In this document: positions 58,579 to 64,000 of the stretch, one piece after another | How positions within the stretch are numbered: position 1 is the first letter of the stretch | Layout of the letters: the number at the start of each line of letters is the position of its first letter | Source: Candidatus Sumerlaeaceae bacterium | Lineage (GTDB): Bacteria; Sumerlaeota; Sumerlaeia; Sumerlaeales; Sumerlaeaceae | Assembly: GCA_049968255.1 (NCBI GenBank) | Contig: JBMFRB010000003.1 | Span: 199,385-263,384, forward strand | DNA: 64,000 nt | Direction: 5' to 3' | Notes under the pieces: model-generated | What the model was told of the DNA's origin: nothing | Seen by the model: only the letters and a program-made list of their open reading frames with translations | The model's database searches: none | Made by a program: the position numbers and the translations under genes

Positions 58579-59652
58579 ATGAAGCGAAACATCAGGCGCC
58601 ACGAAGCCGAACTCGCGGGTGTGCTTCCCGTTTGGAAGGAACCAGGGCCAACCTCGCACGATGTGGTGGATATGGTGCGGCGTGCCGCAAAAATGCGGCA
58701 GGTCGGCCATACGGGCACGCTTGACCCGGCTGCCGAAGGACTGCTCGTGCTGTGCCTCGGCCCCTACACCAAGCTTGCGCCCTTTCTTATGGATACCGAT
58801 AAGGAATACCGCGGTTATTTTTGCCTCGGCGCGGAAACAGACACCGACGACGTCGAAGGGACAGTGATCCAGCTCGGGCAACTGCAAAACGTGACGGCGC
58901 AGCGTTTGCACGAGACTGCCGATCAATTTTTGGGCGAGATCGAGCAAGTCCCGCCGCGTTTTTCTGCCGTAAAGCGCGACGGCAAAAAGCTCTATGAATT
59001 GGCGCGGGCCGGCAAGGATGTGCACGCCGAGCCGCGGCGCGTGAAAATTTACGAGTTCGAAATCGGACCTCCAGAGCCGTGCGAACTTCCGGCGCAAATG
59101 CTCCAGCGCACAAGCGACGAAACCATGCGTGCGGCACTCGAAAACGTACGGCCGCACCTTGTGCGCGTACCATTTCGTACGCGCGTTTCCAGCGGTACCT
59201 ACGTCCGATCATTGGCGCGCGACCTCGGGCGTGCTCTGGGCTGTCGCGCCTTTCTCCTGTCTCTCGAAAGGACCGCCACCGGTGTCTTTACCGTTGAACA
59301 TGCGCTGCCGATGCACGAACTTGAATCAGCCACGCCCGAGCAGCTTGACGAATGGCTCGTGCGTGGAATCGAGGTCATCGATCGCAGCAAATATCCTGTA
59401 CTCCATCTCCTGCCGGCCTATGCTTCGCGGCTGGCGCAGGGCCAGCCTCTGCTCAACACCATGTTCGAGGAGATGGACGAAGCAGGCGAAGTGCCCAGCG
59501 GCATGATCTGCGCCGTGACCGATGAGGTGGGCGGAATTCTCGCCATGGTCCAGGCACAAAGATTAGAAAAGCTCCAGCGCAAGAATCCTTACGCTGGAGC
59601 CAAAATCGCAGGCTTTCGCCCAATCCGCATTTTTCCCGGCGGATTGCGATAA
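58579..59652 (+). CDS. truB: tRNA pseudouridine(55) synthase TruB with C-terminal extension
   Basis: VLPVWKEPGPTSHDVV...VGHTGTLDPAAEGLLVLCLG (catalytic Asp motif). PUA-like C-terminal region. Confidence 0.85.
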   Translation: MKRNIRRHEAELAGVLPVWKEPGPTSHDVVDMVRRAAKMRQVGHTGTLDPAAEGLLVLCLGPYTKLAPFLMDTDKEYRGYFCLGAETDTDDVEGTVIQLGQLQNVTAQRLHETADQFLGEIEQVPPRFSAVKRDGKKLYELARAGKDVHAEPRRVKIYEFEIGPPEPCELPAQMLQRTSDETMRAALENVRPHLVRVPFRTRVSSGTYVRSLARDLGRALGCRAFLLSLERTATGVFTVEHALPMHELESATPEQLDEWLVRGIEVIDRSKYPVLHLLPAYASRLAQGQPLLNTMFEEMDEAGEVPSGMICAVTDEVGGILAMVQAQRLEKLQRKNPYAGAKIAGFRPIRIFPGGLR

Positions 59653-59708
59653 CTCCCCGCAAACTCTCCGCGGAACTGTCCGGCGGCGACGCCGCCCCTA
59701 CCTTCACC

Positions 59709-60356
59709 TTAGGACGAGGGGAAAGGAACGAAGCGGTCGAACCCCGTGTTCGGGCCGTAAGTAATGTCGCCGTTGCTCACGGTGCCGTTCGTCGGATCAT
59801 AGGGTGTACCCGAATCTGGGCCATCAGCGTCAGGGCCACGGCTGTGGAGACGATAGGGCCCATAATGTTGGGCTGCATACGCGAATGTTGGCGCATGGGG
59901 ATCCGTCGCCAACGCCTGAAGCGCATAGTTCCAGTTGACGTACATGTACTCGCGCACTTCGGGCGGCAGACTTGTCTTGTGGGCTGCGAAGGGATCCGTC
60001 GGCATGCTCGTGATGTAACCGATCGGCGTAGTCAGTGGATTGCGGCCATCCCACGTTGTGTCAGGCACTCCGAAACCCGTCACTTGCCCGCCAAGGTGAA
60101 ACTCGAGCGCTGCCTGGGGCACGTTCGAATAGTGGTAGGTTGGGTAGCCCCCATGGTCCACGGCGTAGGCCTCGAGTGCTGTCACCACTGTCTTCATGTC
60201 GGCCTTGGCACGCGAGGCTTTCGAGCGCACCTGGGCATCGAGGAAATTCACAAGCGCGATACCCGCGAGAATGGAAATGATCGCCACCACAATGAGGAGC
60301 TCAATGAGCGTAAATGCCCGGCGGCGGCAAAGCGGTTGAAGCCTTTCCTCACGCAT
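59709..60356 (-). CDS. Prepilin-type N-terminal cleavage/methylation domain protein (pseudopilin-like, H-X9-DG-like family)
   Basis: Leader MREERLQPLCRRRA followed by FTLIELLIVVAIISILAGIAL (class III signal / N-methylation motif). Mature region Gly/Pro/Tyr-rich with HSRGPDADGPDSG near the C-terminus. ATG at 60356. Confidence 0.7.
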   Translation of the reverse strand: MREERLQPLCRRRAFTLIELLIVVAIISILAGIALVNFLDAQVRSKASRAKADMKTVVTALEAYAVDHGGYPTYHYSNVPQAALEFHLGGQVTGFGVPDTTWDGRNPLTTPIGYITSMPTDPFAAHKTSLPPEVREYMYVNWNYALQALATDPHAPTFAYAAQHYGPYRLHSRGPDADGPDSGTPYDPTNGTVSNGDITYGPNTGFDRFVPFPSS

Positions 60357-60432
60357 AATCGTTACCTCCACACTTTGTTTTAGCAACAAAGACGAAATGA
60401 TGACAACAAAGATAGACGGCCGTCAAAGATGA

Positions 60433-60873
60433 CTAAGGAGCAAAACGTGGGCCGAGATGATAGAGCATGAGGTAAATGACTACGCCCGTGACCGACACAT
60501 AGAGCCAAAGCGGGGCCAGCCAACGCGCTAAACGCTTGTGTTTTTCGTATTTACATTGAATTGCCCAGATAACCGCCGTGAGAATCAGGGGCACAATCAC
60601 CGCCGCCAGAACGGTGTGCGTCAGCAAAATTATCAAATAGAGTGTTCGGATTAGGGACGGTGCCACAAACCGCGTTGTTCCGTGCACGCTGTGATAAGTG
60701 AGATAACCGGTCAGAAACAGGGCAGAGCAGACAAGGGCGGCCACCATGAGTGCAATGTGAGCTTTCCGAACACCACGGCGAATCGCAATCCAGCCACTCA
60801 CTGCCAAAATGGCAGATGTCGCGTTGAGACATGCGTTCAAGCCCGGTAAAGAACCAATAAAATTCTCACTCAT
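60433..60873 (-). CDS. DUF420 membrane protein (cytochrome oxidase-associated)
   Basis: 146 aa, 4 TM helices. Commonly adjacent to SCO1/ctaA/ctaB genes, as here. Confidence 0.65.
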   Translation of the reverse strand: MSENFIGSLPGLNACLNATSAILAVSGWIAIRRGVRKAHIALMVAALVCSALFLTGYLTYHSVHGTTRFVAPSLIRTLYLIILLTHTVLAAVIVPLILTAVIWAIQCKYEKHKRLARWLAPLWLYVSVTGVVIYLMLYHLGPRFAP

Positions 60874-61547
60874 CCAGCAGATTTCTCTTTTCGCAATGCT
60901 AAAATGGCCTCTTGCAGTTTCTTGATCTCGTTGGAATCCAGCCCGTCATAGTAGCCGCGAATTCGGCCCCTGCGATCAATAAGCACAAACTTGCTGCTGT
61001 GAATAATGGGTTCATTGTCGGGCGCCGCCCCCGGTGCGGGCTGATCCTCGACTCCTAATTTGAACCCTCCGCGTATGAACTTGTAAATCGTCGCCTTGTC
61101 GCCTGTGCAGAAGGACCAGCGCCATGGATCGTAATCGTAGCGCAGCGCGTAGTCCTGCAAAGTGGCGGTGGTGTCGTGTTCCGGATCCACGCTGAGCGAG
61201 AAAAGCAACACGTCGTCAATTTTTTGTTTGTTTAGCCACCGCTGAAGCTCGCGCATTGCCGCTGTCATGCGTGGGCATTGTCCACCGCAGCGCGTGAAGA
61301 TGAAGTCCGCCACCCAAAGCGTACCGCCAAAGGTGCTCTTCGTCACAGGCTCGCCTCGTTCATTGAGAAAGCTAAATTCCGGCACTTCGCCAAAGACTTC
61401 GAGCGGTGCTTGCGTCGGACGGGTGCGTTGTCGGATCGCAGCAGCGAGAAGCAAAGCCAGCACAGCCGCTGCTAGCGTAAGGGCCAGTCCCCATGGAATG
61501 GGCACACGGGGCGGGGTCATTGGTTTGGCGTCGTGGTTCTCCGACAT
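60870..61547 (-). CDS. SCO1/SenC-family copper chaperone (thioredoxin fold)
   Basis: N-terminal TM anchor, CGGQC (CxxxC) copper-binding motif, conserved downstream His region. Overlaps the DUF420 gene by 4 nt. Confidence 0.8.
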   Translation of the reverse strand: MSENHDAKPMTPPRVPIPWGLALTLAAAVLALLLAAAIRQRTRPTQAPLEVFGEVPEFSFLNERGEPVTKSTFGGTLWVADFIFTRCGGQCPRMTAAMRELQRWLNKQKIDDVLLFSLSVDPEHDTTATLQDYALRYDYDPWRWSFCTGDKATIYKFIRGGFKLGVEDQPAPGAAPDNEPIIHSSKFVLIDRRGRIRGYYDGLDSNEIKKLQEAILALRKEKSAG

Positions 61548-62287
61548 GCCATCCTCCAGGCAAACACAAAACTCAAGATGCCGAATGCAACGAGGAGCAC
61601 AAGAGGCCCCATCAGGCTCTGATCTGACGTTATCCCTAACGCGTGTGCCAAAAGCCGGTGGGCATAGCTAAGCGGGTCGAGCGCCATGGCCCACCTAATG
61701 AAAGGCGAAGCTCCGGGAGCCGGGAAAAGAGCTCCTGAAAATAGCCACATCGGGAACAAAACGAGATTCATGATGCCATGGAATCCCGGAATTGAATCAA
61801 TGCGCCACGCGAAGCCAACTCCAACAGCCGAAAGAGCCAAGCTTGCCAAAAGCAGCACTCCCGAGACGCTCAAAACGGTGGAAACGTCTAATGTCCCAAT
61901 GACGGGCAAGGCTAGCAGCAGGAGCAACACCGATTGGCTGACGGCAAGAAAAGCTCCGCCGAGAACTTTCCCGGCTACCACAGCACCGCGGCTGACCGGT
62001 GCAACAAGCACCCCCTGCAGAAAGCCCTCGCGGCGATCTTCGATGAGCGAGATGGCACCGAAAATTGAGGAGAAAAGCACCACCATGAGAAGGGCACCAG
62101 GAAAGAAATAACGCTGGAATCCTCCCGCTAGGCCCGGCATTTGAAAGGAGGTGCCTAGCCCGGCCCCAAGCACAAGCCAGAACAGCAAGGGCGTCCCGAC
62201 GGCGGCTGCAACGCGGCTTCGCTGCCGGAAGAAACCGACGATCTCTCTGTGAGCTAAGGCCCATGTCGCCATCAGGTCGTCTCTCAT
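61517..62287 (-). CDS. ABC-2 type transporter permease (NosY-like)
   Basis: 256 aa, 6 TM helices, ABC-2 family features. Overlaps flanking genes by 4 and 31 nt, suggesting an operon. Confidence 0.7.
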   Translation of the reverse strand: MRDDLMATWALAHREIVGFFRQRSRVAAAVGTPLLFWLVLGAGLGTSFQMPGLAGGFQRYFFPGALLMVVLFSSIFGAISLIEDRREGFLQGVLVAPVSRGAVVAGKVLGGAFLAVSQSVLLLLLALPVIGTLDVSTVLSVSGVLLLASLALSAVGVGFAWRIDSIPGFHGIMNLVLFPMWLFSGALFPAPGASPFIRWAMALDPLSYAHRLLAHALGITSDQSLMGPLVLLVAFGILSFVFAWRMACRRTTTPNQ

Positions 62288-63321
62288 GGCGCGTCCTCGC
62301 TGTCGGCCTGCTCAACGTCGCAGGCGCGACCCGTTGCATGGATGAACACATCCTCCAGCGTGGGCTGGGCAAGCATGACAGTGGAAACAAGGCCCCTGTT
62401 TTTTTCCACCAACTCGACAATAAATCGCGACGAGTGGCCATTCATCGCCTTGGGCAATTCAATACGCAGCCGTCCCTTGATCAACTGTGGCGTCAGTCCC
62501 CACGTTGTGCGTACTCGCTCGGTGATGAGTGCGGGATCAGAGGACGTTACCCACAAGACGTGGCCGCCTACCTGCGCAATCAGCTCGGCTGGGCGTCCTT
62601 GCGCAACAGTCTGGCCGCGATCTAAAATCACCACCTCATCACAAAGCTCACCTTCATCGAGCAAATGGGTGGTGAGCAGCACACTCAATCGCTCAGCCTC
62701 ACACAGCCGGCGGATGTATTCCAGCAGTTTATGCCGGCTCGTGACGTCCAATCCAGTGGTCGGCTCGTCGAGGACGAGCACGCGGGGCCCAGGAAGGAGC
62801 GCCTTGGCGATCTCCACGCGGCGTTGAAGTCCCCCAGAGAGAGTTCGCACAAATTCGTCGGCGCGATCCGTGATTTCACACACTGCAAGCGCATGTTCAA
62901 TGCGTTTGGCAAGTTCCCTGCCGCGTAAACCATAAAGCAGACCGTGATAAGACAAATTCTCTCGCACAGTAAGCCGCTTGTCCAGGCTAGGCGACTGAAA
63001 AACCACTCCCAGGCAGCGCCTCACGTCGCGGGTATGATGGCGCGTGTCGAGGCCGAGCACGCGGATTGTGCCACCCTGTGGGAAATCCAGCGTGGCCACG
63101 AGACGGAGCAATGTGGACTTGCCGCTCCCGTTCGGACCCAACAAACCGCAGAGTTTGCCGGCTGGCAGCGAAAGGGAGAAATTGGAAAAAATACGTCGCT
63201 GCCCGTAAGCGAATTCTACGGCCTGGGCGGCCACCGCCCATTCCTCCGATACGTGGTCATCGCTGGGTATTCCTGCGCCGCGATGCTGCGTCGCGCTTGC
63301 CTGTCTCGCCAAATTCATCAT
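62284..63321 (-). CDS. ABC transporter ATP-binding protein (NosF/CcmA-like)
   Basis: Walker A GPNGSGKST, signature LSGGLQRRVEIAKAL, Walker B VLVLDEPTTGLD. ATG at 63321 (MMNLARQ...). The long ORF to 63663 was rejected because it overlaps ctaB. Confidence 0.8.
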   Translation of the reverse strand: MMNLARQASATQHRGAGIPSDDHVSEEWAVAAQAVEFAYGQRRIFSNFSLSLPAGKLCGLLGPNGSGKSTLLRLVATLDFPQGGTIRVLGLDTRHHTRDVRRCLGVVFQSPSLDKRLTVRENLSYHGLLYGLRGRELAKRIEHALAVCEITDRADEFVRTLSGGLQRRVEIAKALLPGPRVLVLDEPTTGLDVTSRHKLLEYIRRLCEAERLSVLLTTHLLDEGELCDEVVILDRGQTVAQGRPAELIAQVGGHVLWVTSSDPALITERVRTTWGLTPQLIKGRLRIELPKAMNGHSSRFIVELVEKNRGLVSTVMLAQPTLEDVFIHATGRACDVEQADSEDAP

Positions 63322-64000
63322 CCAATACGATCCACAAGCATGAGGGAAAAAAGCAGTGCGTGATAAGCTAGCGAGCCAAAAAAGACCCAGTAGGCGCGTC
63401 GAATTGACGGAAGCCGCATCCAATGCCAGCTCAAGCTGAGTAAACCTAGGCCTAGCACAAGCGCCCCCAACAGATACCACACGCCGCAAAGCTGGGCCAC
63501 GGCCGGCCCCACGCTGCTGGCCAGCAAAGCAGCCGAATAAAGCAGAGTCTGACGCGACGACATAGCTCCCGAAGCATCGAACACCGTGAGCATGGGCATG
63601 CCCGCCTGGGCATAATCGTCGCGATAAATCCAGCCAATGGAAATAAAATGAGGGAGCTGCCAAAAAAACATGATAATAAAGAGACTCATTGCGCCAAAAT
63701 CGAGGGAATGTTGGGCAGCTGCCCAGCCAATGAGCGTGGGCATGGCGCCCGGGACTGCGCCAACAATGGTGCTGAGCGACGTAACACGCTTGAGAGGGGT
63801 GTAAACGCCCGCGTACAGGAAAATGGTAAGAGCTAGCAACATGGCAGCGAGGGCATGAGTCGTCACACTAAGCAGCGAGACCCCAGCCGCCGAACTTCCC
63901 AGCGCAAAGGCGAGCGCAAAAGAGGGCGACAGCCGCCCACTAGGCAGAGGGCGATTGCGCGTGCGGTTCATCACGCTATCGAGATCACGCTCAATGTACT
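63318..64000 (-). CDS. ctaB: Protoheme IX farnesyltransferase (heme O synthase), 5' end beyond the window
   Basis: UbiA-family motifs (NRTRNRPLPSG, ...YTPLKR...). C-terminal portion with stop at 63315-63317. N-terminus outside the window. Confidence 0.8.
   Translation of the reverse strand, partial: YIERDLDSVMNRTRNRPLPSGRLSPSFALAFALGSSAAGVSLLSVTTHALAAMLLALTIFLYAGVYTPLKRVTSLSTIVGAVPGAMPTLIGWAAAQHSLDFGAMSLFIIMFFWQLPHFISIGWIYRDDYAQAGMPMLTVFDASGAMSSRQTLLYSAALLASSVGPAVAQLCGVWYLLGALVLGLGLLSLSWHWMRLPSIRRAYWVFFGSLAYHALLFSLMLVDRIG

Overview
High-GC (about 60%) bacterial chromosomal segment. It is densely packed with mostly housekeeping genes on both strands. I found no rRNA, tRNA, CRISPR array, transposase or integrase.

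Recognisable genes include a fused secDF, an EF-G paralog, orphan livH/livM permeases, ndk and mutS. There is a base-excision-repair pair (family-4 UDG overlapping nfo) and a nagA-like amidohydrolase. An ftsX gene is followed by a gene for an EnvC-like degenerate M23 protein. uppS, cdsA and bioB lie upstream of the giant protein; pbpC, an STK-TPR kinase, mgtE, a sirtuin, class II fba and truB lie further on. The window ends with a cytochrome-oxidase assembly cluster (DUF420, SCO1, ABC-2 permease, ABC ATPase, ctaB partial at the window edge). A prepilin-type (H-X9-DG-like) protein hints at a PVC-/Armatimonadota-like lineage. I cannot confirm that.

The most unusual element is a 2152-aa ORF at 25605-32063. 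It fuses an N-terminal DnaG-primase-type CHC2 zinc finger, roughly 1800 aa of TPR-like helical repeats, and a C-terminal DnaA-type AAA+ module (DnaA domain III). That module has intact Walker A/B, arginine-finger (box VII) and sensor-II motifs. It lacks DnaA domains I/II and the domain-IV DNA-binding HTH. I am not aware of this architecture having been described. It is a candidate replication-initiation regulator or scaffold.

Immediately downstream is a divergently organised glycosylation-type locus (32109-40280). On one side are a radical SAM/SPASM enzyme with no adjacent precursor peptide, a GT-C (PMT/ArnT-like) membrane transferase and tsaE. On the other are a GT4, an ASKHA hydantoinase-like protein and a GT2-methyltransferase fusion with a substituted DXD motif. 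This could be a lipid-linked sugar donor/transfer system coupled to a radical-SAM modification.

Smaller oddities:
- The EF-G paralog has catalytic His replaced by Tyr (DxPGY) and NKxD changed to NKxN.
- A cytoplasmic PAS-histidine kinase has a six-Cys cluster.
- A GGDEF-EAL protein has a degenerate GSDEF.
- A possible ncRNA/3'UTR with a strong terminator lies downstream of fba.

Many long antisense or alternate-frame ORFs are high-GC artefacts and were rejected.
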